Positions 37,265 to 45,763 of a stretch of 64,000 bases of DNA are shown here, in pieces; the stretch's first letter is position 1; each line of letters opens with the position of its first letter. Below the pieces are notes generated by a model that worked only from the letters and a program-made list of their open reading frames with translations, did no database searches and was not told the DNA's origin. Location of the stretch: the NCBI GenBank assembly GCA_040386775.1, contig JAZKEU010000013.1:76005-140004 (forward strand), in the 5' to 3' direction. The stretch comes from Bdellovibrionota bacterium. Lineage in GTDB: Bacteria; Bdellovibrionota; Bdellovibrionia; Bdellovibrionales; JAEYZS01. The translations under genes and the position numbers were made by a program.

Positions 37265-38395
37265 ATGAGGAACGTATATAGTCTTGTGCTGGTCCTAGTG
37301 TTATCTATAATGACCACTGCTTGCAGCAAGGTCATTGAAGAGACAGCTTCAAAAGAGCTATCTAAATTTGATGTGAATATGTATTCACTCAATAAATTGG
37401 TGTGTGATCCATTTGATGGTGGTCCAAGCAATCCTACAGATCCTAATTATGGACGTGGGTTAAAAGCTAACCTCTATTACCTTAGAGACGATCAACCTAG
37501 ATATCAACACGTTGCTGACTATATCAATAGTGGTATGCGTGCTGATCAGTTCTTATTCTTTACTCAATTGAATGTACCTACTCGTATGTTCAATATTGGT
37601 TTTCCAACAGAATCGGGATCTTTAGTAAAAAGAGATGATGGTCAAGTCCTTCAAGAATATTTCGCATTGAGATTATCTTCAGTAATTCATTTAGGCCCAG
37701 ATGATGAACCGGGTGATTATGAATTAGCAATTCTTTCTGATGACGGCGCGATCATGAGACTAAGAGGTTCAGATGGTCAGTATCAAACCGTAGTGGATAA
37801 CGACGGTGACCACCCAACTAAAATGGGTTGTGGTAGCACGATCACAATGACTCGTGAAACTCAAAAGCTTATGCAATTTGATTATTACCAAGGTCCTCGC
37901 TACCACATTTCAGTGATTCCAATGTGGAGAAAGAAAGTTGCTGGCCAAGCTGCGGAACCACGCTGCGGTCAAAGCGGTAACAATTTATTCTTTAATGAAA
38001 ACACTTCGGCTCCGCAAGCGGCATACAATGATTTATTGTCGCGTGGTTGGAAGCCACTAGATATGGACAACTACTCTTTACCAGTCAGCACGATCTTCAA
38101 TCCGTGTGAACCAGGTGTTGCTCCAGTGATTTCTAATTTCACTATGGAAGACAACTTTGATGGAGTGGTGATTGCGAGATGGACAACAGATATTCCTGCT
38201 ACATCTCAATTGAGATATGTGGATATGACGACAGGTACAGAAGAATTGACTGACGCTGATAACGAATTAAGAACAGAACATGAAGTGGTTGTGATGGCAT
38301 TGAAGCCGGGTAGACAATACTTATTTCAAGGTGTTTCTATCTCTGACAGTTACGGAAAAACGCTCAGCGCACCAATTACTTTATTATTGAGATAA
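37265..38395 (+). CDS. lipoprotein with PA14-like domain and C-terminal FN3-like domain
   Basis: Lipobox MTTAC. GLKANLYYL...FALRLSSVIHL..GDYELAILSDDGAIMRL resembles PA14/GLEYA. The C-terminus (ARWTTDIPATSQLRY...TEHEVVVMALKPGRQY) resembles an FN3-like sandwich. Confidence 0.55.
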   Translation: MRNVYSLVLVLVLSIMTTACSKVIEETASKELSKFDVNMYSLNKLVCDPFDGGPSNPTDPNYGRGLKANLYYLRDDQPRYQHVADYINSGMRADQFLFFTQLNVPTRMFNIGFPTESGSLVKRDDGQVLQEYFALRLSSVIHLGPDDEPGDYELAILSDDGAIMRLRGSDGQYQTVVDNDGDHPTKMGCGSTITMTRETQKLMQFDYYQGPRYHISVIPMWRKKVAGQAAEPRCGQSGNNLFFNENTSAPQAAYNDLLSRGWKPLDMDNYSLPVSTIFNPCEPGVAPVISNFTMEDNFDGVVIARWTTDIPATSQLRYVDMTTGTEELTDADNELRTEHEVVVMALKPGRQYLFQGVSISDSYGKTLSAPITLLLR

Positions 38396-38428
38396 GTTTA
38401 CCTCTCTCCTTAAGCCCTCAAGCGAGCC

Positions 38429-38462
38429 ACCGCGAAAACCATGATTGGTTTTCGTGGTTTGG
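38429..38462. terminator. strong hairpin between convergent genes (candidate bidirectional terminator)
   Basis: ACCGCGAAAACC (38429..38440) pairs with GGTTTTCGTGGT (38447..38458): 12 bp with one G-U and a 6-nt loop. Flanking T runs are weak. Confidence 0.45.
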
Positions 38463-38474
38463 CGTTAAGAAAAT

Positions 38475-39218
38475 CTACTCAATTGTGGGATCGTATTTAG
38501 AGGATTCTTTGCACTTAGAGAATTTTTTAGAGAGTTTGAACTTGCTGCTTCTCTCTGGATCGAATGAACACTCAGTTTTATCTAAGTTTTTTCCGCTGAT
38601 ATATCCAAATCTGACTTTATGAAGCATTTTCTGATAGATTACAGATACGTTCTTATGGACCTCTGCAACGACTTCAGCAGGCTTTTGCGGATTTCCTTCA
38701 GCATAACCATTCTCACACATTTCATTCTTCCAAGCGTCGACAGGGTCGATTCCTTGGTAGAGGATTCTGTACATTGCAGATAGGTATCCAGTGCGATCTT
38801 CGCCAACAGTGCAATGAAAGAATAGATTTCTATCGTTTGATTGAGCAACTTCTCTCATTAGAGTTAAAGCTTCCATTGTTTGTAAACAAGCTGTCTCAAA
38901 ACTTTCCGCTTCTTTCCATCTGAATGGAATAACTGTGATGTTTTTTCTTTTCATTCCGGCTTTCTCAAGCATCGTGATTTCTTGTTCAGTAGTTTTGTCT
39001 TCTAGTTTGCTGTCTTTGAAAACAATCACATCGGTAATGCCGATATTTAGAAGTTCGCTGATATCTTGATAGGTTCTAGGTCGCATTCCGCGAATTAGAG
39101 TTCCACTTTTATCCTCAATGATATGTGAGTTTGGAATATTAAGATTTTCCACTTCCGAAGGAAATGGGGACACAAGTGCAAAGGCCGTCGCTAGTTGGAG
39201 AAATAAATATATAATCAT
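38475..39218 (-). CDS. secreted Cys-based protein tyrosine/dual-specificity phosphatase-like protein
   Basis: CX5R P-loop HCTVGEDRTGY. Signal-like N-terminus MIIYLFLQLATAFA from the ATG at 39218; the ORF track starts at a TTG at 39254. Confidence 0.7.
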   Translation of the reverse strand: MIIYLFLQLATAFALVSPFPSEVENLNIPNSHIIEDKSGTLIRGMRPRTYQDISELLNIGITDVIVFKDSKLEDKTTEQEITMLEKAGMKRKNITVIPFRWKEAESFETACLQTMEALTLMREVAQSNDRNLFFHCTVGEDRTGYLSAMYRILYQGIDPVDAWKNEMCENGYAEGNPQKPAEVVAEVHKNVSVIYQKMLHKVRFGYISGKNLDKTECSFDPERSSKFKLSKKFSKCKESSKYDPTIE

Positions 39219-39285
39219 GACGGGATTAGTATTTTGATTTGCGATGAGAAACAAATGAGCTTTCTACAAATGTAAAAAGCTCTAG

Positions 39286-39321
39286 TCGAAAAGAATGTAA
39301 GCCTTACGCAAGAAGGCTTAC
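39286..39321 (-). terminator. rho-independent terminator downstream of ettA
   Basis: On the minus strand, GTAAGCCTT-CTTGCGT-AAGGCTTAC (9-bp stem) is followed by ATTCTTTTCG. Confidence 0.7.
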
Positions 39322-39326
39322 AAAGA

Positions 39327-40997
39327 TCAGTGAGTCAGCTTTCTGTACTTGATACGAGTCGGTGTATCGGCTTCTACACCGAGGCGTCGTTTTTTGTCGG
39401 CTTCGTAATCTTTGAAGTTACCTTCAAACCATACGACCTGCGAGTTTCCTTCAAACGCCAAGATGTGAGTTGCGATTCTATCTAGGAACCAGCGATCATG
39501 GGAAATAACTACCGCACAGCCACCAAAATTTAAAAGTGCTTCTTCGAGCGCTCTTAAAGTGTTCACATCCAAATCATTTGTTGGTTCATCGAGTAAGATA
39601 ACGTTTCCGCCGCTCTTAAGCATTTTTGCAAGATGCACGCGGTTTCTTTCTCCACCAGAGAGTACGCCAACTTTCTTCTGTTGGTCTGCACCAGAGAAGT
39701 TGAATTTCGAAACATACTGCCTTCCGTTAATCTCTTTATTTCCCACCATAATGATTTCGCTATTGTCACAAATTTCTTGGAAAATAGTTTTATCTGCGGC
39801 CAAAGAATCACGAGATTGATCCACGTAAGCAAGCTGTACGGTTTCTCCCACTTGGAATGTTCCTGAATCGGGTTTGTCTTTTCCTGTGATCAAATTGAAA
39901 AGTGTAGTTTTACCCGCACCGTTTGGTCCGATCACACCTACAATACCACCGCGTGGAAGATTGAATTCGAGATTTTCAAATAATAATTTTTCATCAAACG
40001 CTTTGGCAACTTTATTGGCCTTGATAACAACTTCCCCAAGTCGTGGTCCCGGTGGAATGTAGATTTCAAGATCGTTGATTCCTGACTGAATATCTTGATT
40101 GAGGAGTTCTTCATAAGCCGTAATACGTGCTTTGGATTTTGTCTGACGAGCTTTCGGATTTTGGCGAACCCATTCCAACTCTCTTTGAAGTTGTTTTTGG
40201 CGTTTGCCTTCAGTTTTTTCTTCGCCTTCTAAGCGTTTTTGTTTTTGTTCTAGCCATGAAGAATAGTTTCCTTCCCATGGAATGCCTTTGCTGCGATCAA
40301 GCTCTAATATCCACCCCGCAACGTTATCTAAGAAGTAACGATCATGGGTGATGGCCACGACGGTCCCCGGGTATTCATGTAAGAATCTTTCTAACCATGC
40401 TACGGATTCCGCATCCAAGTGGTTGGTTGGTTCATCGAGCAATAAGATATCAGGTTTACTGAGTAGCAATTTACAAAGAGCCACGCGTCTTCTTTCTCCA
40501 CCCGAAAGATGTTTTACTGGAGAATCAGGAGGTGGGCATCTGAGAGCGTCCATGGCGATGGCCAATGTTCTTTCTAAATCCCAAGCATTTGTGGCATCGA
40601 TTTTATCTTGAAGTGCAGATTGCCTGTTTAAGAGTTTATCCATTTCTTCTGGAGTCATCTCTTCTGCAAACTTTGCCCCGATGGATTCAAATTCAGTCAA
40701 GAGATCGGCAATTTCCTTCACGCCTTCGAGTACGTTTTCTTTTACGGTTTTGGTATCATCCAATTGTGGTTCTTGAGCCAGATATCCAACTTTTGTTCCT
40801 TCTCTAACGAAAGCCTCGCCGTTGTAGTCTTTATCGAGACCCGCCATGATTTTTAACAGCGTCGATTTCCCCGATCCATTGAGACCTAGAATCCCGATTT
40901 TTGCGCCGTCGAAAAATGAAAGGTAGATGTCTTTTAGAATAACTTTTTGATTGTAGGACTTTGTTAAGCCCTTCATTGTATAAATAATTTGTGCCAT
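39327..40997 (-). CDS. ettA: ABC-F translational throttle protein EttA
   Basis: 556 aa with two ABC cassettes (GLNGSGKST / [15 protein letters not shown]; GPNGAGKTT / [15 protein letters not shown]) and no TM domain. Length and N-terminus are typical of EttA/YjjK. Confidence 0.9.
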   Translation of the reverse strand: MAQIIYTMKGLTKSYNQKVILKDIYLSFFDGAKIGILGLNGSGKSTLLKIMAGLDKDYNGEAFVREGTKVGYLAQEPQLDDTKTVKENVLEGVKEIADLLTEFESIGAKFAEEMTPEEMDKLLNRQSALQDKIDATNAWDLERTLAIAMDALRCPPPDSPVKHLSGGERRRVALCKLLLSKPDILLLDEPTNHLDAESVAWLERFLHEYPGTVVAITHDRYFLDNVAGWILELDRSKGIPWEGNYSSWLEQKQKRLEGEEKTEGKRQKQLQRELEWVRQNPKARQTKSKARITAYEELLNQDIQSGINDLEIYIPPGPRLGEVVIKANKVAKAFDEKLLFENLEFNLPRGGIVGVIGPNGAGKTTLFNLITGKDKPDSGTFQVGETVQLAYVDQSRDSLAADKTIFQEICDNSEIIMVGNKEINGRQYVSKFNFSGADQQKKVGVLSGGERNRVHLAKMLKSGGNVILLDEPTNDLDVNTLRALEEALLNFGGCAVVISHDRWFLDRIATHILAFEGNSQVVWFEGNFKDYEADKKRRLGVEADTPTRIKYRKLTH

Positions 40998-41124
40998 AGG
41001 GTGTAGTTATATTGATCCTAAAGGCTAAAATCAAGCATTTAGTGGGTCAATGGCTATGAAGTACATTGCTTTTGTATAGAAAAAGATAGTTTTTAATAGT
41101 ATAATCTATTTATTGGGAGATATT

Positions 41125-41349
41125 ATGGCAGCAAAACAATTGGCTACAAAAATAGATGAAAGAATCAAAGAAGCTTTGGATTCACTTTGTGAAGAAAAAG
41201 GTCTTAAAATCAATCGCTTTATCGAAGATGCAATTTTGGACAAGTTAGAAGAATACGAAGATGTCGGCGATTTGCGAAAGTTGAGAGCCGAATCTTATCG
41301 ATCATTTGAAAAAGTTCTTTCGGAGCTCAAAGCCAGTGGAAAAATTTAA
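41125..41349 (+). CDS. ribbon-helix-helix antitoxin (RelB/CopG-like)
   Basis: 74 aa from the ATG at 41125, with GGGAGA SD. LATKIDERIKEALDSLCEEKGLKINRFIEDAILDKL fits an RHH fold. Overlaps the toxin gene. Confidence 0.7.
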   Translation: MAAKQLATKIDERIKEALDSLCEEKGLKINRFIEDAILDKLEEYEDVGDLRKLRAESYRSFEKVLSELKASGKI

Positions 41350-41596
41350 AATTGAAATTTCCTCTACAGCAGAGAAGGCTTTAAAAAAAATTCCTAAAAA
41401 AGACCTAGTTAGAATTGTAAGTCTCATACAAACACTTGCGATCAATCCTTTTCCTTCGGGTTGCAAAAAACTTTCTGGAGAAGAGGAAACATTCAGGATC
41501 AGGCAGGGGAATTACCGGATTATATATGAGATTAGAAAGAATAAACTTTTGATTCTTATTTTAAAAATTGGACACAGAAAAGAAATATATAGATAA
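41336..41596 (+). CDS. relE: RelE/StbE-family type II toxin (mRNA interferase)
   Basis: AEKALKKIPKKDLVRIVSLIQTLAINPFPSGCKKLSG..FRIRQGNYRIIYEI..ILKIGHRKEIY matches RelE/StbE. Start is uncertain: GTG at 41336 (14-nt overlap with the antitoxin) or TTG at 41306. Confidence 0.8.
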   Translation: MEKFKIEISSTAEKALKKIPKKDLVRIVSLIQTLAINPFPSGCKKLSGEEETFRIRQGNYRIIYEIRKNKLLILILKIGHRKEIYR

Positions 41597-41615
41597 TTGA
41601 ATTTGGAGGATAAAA

Positions 41616-41903
41616 ATGGAATTAGGGCCTTTTAGTATTTCTGAGGTTGAATCTGTAAAAGAACTTTTTGAGTCAAAAAAGGTTTCATTTGAGATCTTGA
41701 TTGATAAGGAAGCAGAAGAGCAGCAGATGGCAGAGTTTAATGCCCAGGCTACACAAGCTCCACGAGCAATGGCAGGAAGACTGGATCTTAAAATTGTATA
41801 CTTTGAAATCCCTGATGAAGACTTTGAAAAGGTTCAGCATGGCCTTGAAAAGTTCGGCATCATGGCGATGTCTGATGGTTCTTACGAACTTGGTGAAGAT
41901 TAA
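41616..41903 (+). CDS. small acidic hypothetical protein
   Basis: 95 aa, with a strong GGAGGA SD 5 nt upstream of the ATG. No recognisable domain. Confidence 0.5.
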   Translation: MELGPFSISEVESVKELFESKKVSFEILIDKEAEEQQMAEFNAQATQAPRAMAGRLDLKIVYFEIPDEDFEKVQHGLEKFGIMAMSDGSYELGED

Positions 41904-41904
41904 T

Positions 41905-41926
41905 AAAAAGGTGCCCTGCACCTTTG
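41905..41926. terminator. hairpin terminator after the acidic-protein gene
   Basis: AAAGGTGC-CCT-GCACCTTT 8-bp stem. A-tract upstream and T's downstream make it look bidirectional; the T run is better on the minus strand. Confidence 0.45.
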
Positions 41927-42225
41927 TGTGTCGCAATTGCGTTATTTATTATATAAAAGGTACCCCCTGGTTTTCCGTACTGTCGTCGCGTCAATTTAGA
42001 ATATTTTTCGAATAAAGTTGACTAGCTTTTTGATGGATTAAACGAATTATGTTTTATTATTTTAAGAATCTCTTTTGTTTTTAATTTTATCTTTTTTGCT
42101 GTTAATAGAAAGCCTTTATGTACGTCTAAATATCGTTTTATAAATGTGCTTTTCAGTTTTTAAATCTCTCAAATCTTTAAGTTTTAAATATCGTGGTATG
42201 TTCTGCTTATTCAAAGGAGATACAT

Positions 42226-42903
42226 ATGAACTTAAAACACTTTTCAAATCAAGGCTTACTGGAAAACGTTAAAAAACTTTCTGCTGAAGAAAGAAAAATA
42301 ACGACAGAAGTTCTTCACCACTTAAGAGAAATCGAGATTAGGAAGCTCCATTTAGAAATGGGTTTTTCTAGTCTTTTTGAGTATTGCTTAAGAGAGCTAA
42401 AGTACTCCGAATCTCAAGCATACAGAAGAATTTCTGCGATGAGGTTAATTAGAGATTTTCCTGAAGTGGAAAATAAAATCAAAGAAGGCTCTCTGAGTCT
42501 TTCAAATGCAGCAAAGATTCAAACATTCATTAAACAAGCTAAGAAAACTGAAAAACCTTTAAATTCTTTTGAGAAGAAAGAATTGATTGCAAAAATTGAA
42601 AATAAATCAGCGAGAGAATGTGATTTAGAGCTAATAAAGATTTCTCCAGAGCCTATTATTACTAGATCTAAAGAAAGAGTATTAACCGCTGAATATACGG
42701 AGCTTAAGTTGACCATAAAAAATGATCTTAAAGAGAAGATAGATCATGTTATGAACTTACTTTCTCATCAAAACCCAGACGGAGATTTAAATAAATTATT
42801 AGAGCTTATGTGCGATATGGTAATTAAGAAGAAAGATCCTTCTTTTCAACGCAAAGCTTCTATCACGTCGTCGGAAGTGAAGGATACGTTTTTATTAGTG
42901 TGA
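42226..42903 (+). CDS. HNH-endonuclease-family N-terminal (DUF222-like) domain protein that appears to lack the HNH catalytic domain
   Basis: The ATG at 42226 follows AAAGGAGA. LSAEERKITTEVLHHLREIEIRKLHLEMGFSSLFEYCLRELKYSESQAYRRISAMRLIRDFPEV is the N-terminal module I associate with HNH endonucleases. The ORF stops before any Cys/His HNH motif. Confidence 0.5.
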   Translation: MNLKHFSNQGLLENVKKLSAEERKITTEVLHHLREIEIRKLHLEMGFSSLFEYCLRELKYSESQAYRRISAMRLIRDFPEVENKIKEGSLSLSNAAKIQTFIKQAKKTEKPLNSFEKKELIAKIENKSARECDLELIKISPEPIITRSKERVLTAEYTELKLTIKNDLKEKIDHVMNLLSHQNPDGDLNKLLELMCDMVIKKKDPSFQRKASITSSEVKDTFLLV

Positions 42904-42990
42904 TCAAACGAATCTTCAATGCATTTGCTTGATGAAAAAACTAGTGTATATTTTTGATTAATAGAAGTGCTCTTTTGAGCTTGGAGAAAA

Positions 42991-43935
42991 ATGAGTTCTC
43001 GGTATTCTTTTTCAAAATTATTTTTGATAGCTGTAGTTTTGCAGATTGTTTGGGGTTTGGTTCCGAGCGCTTCTAACGTGGTCATTTCTGAAATTCCGGT
43101 GGAACTTTACATTGCTATTCGTTGGACAATATCTAGCTTATTGTTTTTAGGGTTTTTGTTTTTCACTTCAAAGTGGTTTCCAAAAATGGATAAAAAAACA
43201 TTTGTGGTAATGTTTCTCGGTATCTTGGGTTACGCGCTTGCTTCTTTCGGAACATTGTATGGATTAAAGATTGGTGGAGTGACTAACTTTGCCCTCATGG
43301 GAGCTTTAAATCCCATTATAACTTCAGTCACGGCCATTCTATTTTTAAGAGAAAAGCCGGGAAAGCTTTTTTACTTTGCATTACCTCTGTGTATTTTGGG
43401 TCTCATTATGCTTGTTGTTGGTAAGCATGAAATCTCATCTTGGTCGGTGGCATTCTCTAGTTCCATATTGATTATAGGTGCGGCGGTACTTGAGGCTACC
43501 GTATTTGTATTTTCTAAAAAGCTAAAGGTGCACTTTACCTCTTTTCAATACTTGGCGATCTCTCAGCTGGCGGCAGCTCTCTTCATGTGGATTTTGCAGC
43601 TTGGATTTTTTCAGCAAACCTCTCAAATCAGCAATCTATCGTCCAATGGATGGTGGGCGGCAATCTTTGTATCTGTAGTCGCCTGTGTGCTCTGTTATGC
43701 AATTCTTTATTGGTTACTCAATTATGTCGATGGACACAAGCTGGCTTTGTTTGAAGGTATTCATGTAATTTCGGCAGCATTGTTTGGCTGGTATTTCTTT
43801 AATGAATCTTTAAATACGCTGATGATTTTTGGCGGATTTGTTTTATTGGCAGGGTTAATTCTGGGGAATTTGAAATCTAAAAATAATAAAACCAAAATGG
43901 AAGCGATCGCTTTAGAAAATCTCACTTCTAAGTAG
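42991..43935 (+). CDS. DMT-superfamily (EamA) transporter
   Basis: 314 aa, about 10 TM helices, two EamA-like halves. Confidence 0.85.
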   Translation: MSSRYSFSKLFLIAVVLQIVWGLVPSASNVVISEIPVELYIAIRWTISSLLFLGFLFFTSKWFPKMDKKTFVVMFLGILGYALASFGTLYGLKIGGVTNFALMGALNPIITSVTAILFLREKPGKLFYFALPLCILGLIMLVVGKHEISSWSVAFSSSILIIGAAVLEATVFVFSKKLKVHFTSFQYLAISQLAAALFMWILQLGFFQQTSQISNLSSNGWWAAIFVSVVACVLCYAILYWLLNYVDGHKLALFEGIHVISAALFGWYFFNESLNTLMIFGGFVLLAGLILGNLKSKNNKTKMEAIALENLTSK

Positions 43936-43936
43936 C

Positions 43937-45223
43937 TTACTTCACCATGCCCTGTTTCATGATGTCGGAAATGGTTCCCATGTTCATCTTATTTAAGAAA
44001 TTGGAGAAGCTCATCCATACGGCGATGCCGTTGAGGTCGCTGAATTGTGGTGGCATGTAAGTGGGTTTTTCGATTAATCCCATTTTTGAATATTCGTAGA
44101 GAACGGGAACATCTTCCAGAGTGACTTTGCCGGCAAATAAGAATGGAATCATTTCTGGTTTTCCAATCCGTATGGCACTTCGAATAAAATTGTATGTTCC
44201 AATAAAACCTTTTGAGTAAGAAATGTCTTTGGTGAAGGGAGCTCCGCCTTCAATTACTCCACCACGGAATAATCTATGAGCGTTTTTAAAAGCTTCGATT
44301 TCTGTTTGATTGAGGTTTCTAAAATAATCATAAATATGAAGAAAGCTTGCGCCACTCTCAGCCATTTCACAAGCCATCAAGCGATTATTGATTTTTCGAA
44401 GTCTATCGGGAGTGCAAACAAAAGTGAAAACTTCCATTAAGAAAGCCAAGCCTTCTTGCACGGCCGTTGTACACGGAGGACCTTTTGATAACCATTTTGC
44501 ATAAGGTTGATTCATTCCATTGAGAGTTGTTCCCACATGGACCCATCCTTCATGAACTTCGAAAATATCCATATCTCTTTGAGAAAATTTTAACCCACGT
44601 TTTATCTTGATGTAATTTGATCCTGCGGCAGCATCTGATAAAATACCATCATCTAATTTTACGGTAACCTCGGTATCACCAAAGTATTTTTTTAATTTTT
44701 CGTTGAGAGTTTCAACAACATCTTCGGATGGAATATTTTTTATGTAGCAAACGCCAAGATCTGAATTTTCAATTGAGATTAAAATCTGATTGAGCATCAC
44801 GCCGGCCTCGATCAATGAGGTTTTGTTATCGATCAATAGATCGTTGGCACTTCCAAAAAGAGCTTTAGAGTATTTATAAAAATCATGAGTGGCGCGACTC
44901 ATTAGCATGCGGACGACGTCTTCGTACTGCTGGCAATTGCGAATCAACATTTTTGCGATAGGTTCATTTTTTCCAAGAGTTTTTTCAATTCTACTTCTGA
45001 TCTCTTGAAATTCTTTGATCTTGGCTTCGGCATCAAATTTGAGAGGAATATTGTCGTAATAGTTCTTTCCAATTTTTGGAAGTTCTTTGTAATTTGATTT
45101 TTTGAATTTTTCAAAGATATCGTCTTTCCATTTTATGGAATCAAGAATTTGGATAGGCCTTTGTGCTTCAACCAAGGCTTTCGAAAATTCTTCGACTGCT
45201 GTAAAAAGTTTTTTGTCGGACAT
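43937..45223 (-). CDS. DUF1704 / QEGLA-motif protein (MATCAP-like putative metallocarboxypeptidase)
   Basis: Contains the QEGLA motif (TTAVQEGLAFLME) and an HExxxH motif (VHEGWVHVG); 428 aa. Confidence 0.78.
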   Translation of the reverse strand: MSDKKLFTAVEEFSKALVEAQRPIQILDSIKWKDDIFEKFKKSNYKELPKIGKNYYDNIPLKFDAEAKIKEFQEIRSRIEKTLGKNEPIAKMLIRNCQQYEDVVRMLMSRATHDFYKYSKALFGSANDLLIDNKTSLIEAGVMLNQILISIENSDLGVCYIKNIPSEDVVETLNEKLKKYFGDTEVTVKLDDGILSDAAAGSNYIKIKRGLKFSQRDMDIFEVHEGWVHVGTTLNGMNQPYAKWLSKGPPCTTAVQEGLAFLMEVFTFVCTPDRLRKINNRLMACEMAESGASFLHIYDYFRNLNQTEIEAFKNAHRLFRGGVIEGGAPFTKDISYSKGFIGTYNFIRSAIRIGKPEMIPFLFAGKVTLEDVPVLYEYSKMGLIEKPTYMPPQFSDLNGIAVWMSFSNFLNKMNMGTISDIMKQGMVK

Positions 45224-45227
45224 CCTA

Positions 45228-45659
45228 TTACTTTATCGGACAAAACGTAATGAGATTAAGACCAATATCCGGTACAAATTCTCTCTCTATTTTATCCTTA
45301 AAAACTGTCATTGAAAGTTCTACGGTTACGGCCACGTCGGCCTCAAAGAGATGCCCACCAAAAGCGTTAAAGTCCGTATCACCAAGCGTAACATGCGAGT
45401 GAACTACAGGTTTGCCTTCAAACCATGTGAGGCTTCCAGTGAGGTTTAAGAGTTCTACTTCGCGTTCGAATGTCTCACGATGATACTCTTTTTTATCGAG
45501 ATGATAGAATCCTAGGTGAGAATTCTTAAGAGCACCTAGTCCGTGATAAAAGGCCCCACCGATTTTTTGATCAACCATAAATTTTTCTAAAAGTGCATGG
45601 AGCTTTTCATCTTTGTCGAATTTTAGGTAATATCCGTATTCAGTCTTACGATGTTCCAT
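45228..45659 (-). CDS. PPC (DUF296) domain protein
   Basis: 143 aa. GSLTWFEGKPVVHSHVTLGD..FGGHLFEADVAVTVEL matches PPC/DUF296. A 4-nt gap separates it from the DUF1704 gene. Confidence 0.68.
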   Translation of the reverse strand: MEHRKTEYGYYLKFDKDEKLHALLEKFMVDQKIGGAFYHGLGALKNSHLGFYHLDKKEYHRETFEREVELLNLTGSLTWFEGKPVVHSHVTLGDTDFNAFGGHLFEADVAVTVELSMTVFKDKIEREFVPDIGLNLITFCPIK

Positions 45660-45763
45660 ATATTGTGTAATTCCTATTCATGGTGAGAAATTAAATGACG
45701 ATCTCGTCTCATAATGTGACACAAACCACTACATTGGTCTAGGAAAAATGCCGATCTATATAT

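Noticed and set aside
37090-37431. 113-aa minus-strand ORF spanning the promoter and 5' end of the PA14-like lipoprotein gene
   Set aside because: It has no SD and a composition-driven sequence. It overlaps a gene that has a lipobox, SD and TATAAT, and it crosses the terminator-proximal spacer.
39559-40807. A series of 62-89-aa ORFs on both strands inside the ettA gene
   Set aside because: All lie within or antisense to a full-length, motif-complete ABC-F gene. They have no SD sequences or recognisable motifs, so they are shadow ORFs.
41685-42015. 83-aa (-) and 104-aa (+) ORFs overlapping the acidic 95-aa protein gene and the hairpin after it
   Set aside because: The 41616..41903 frame has a strong GGAGGA SD. 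The alternatives have none and run through the terminator hairpin.
41100-42990. Prophage or integrative mobile element
   Set aside because: No integrase, transposase, tRNA attachment site or flanking direct repeats could be found by eye. Only a TA pair and an HNH-family remnant are present, so it is reported as a small accessory islet.
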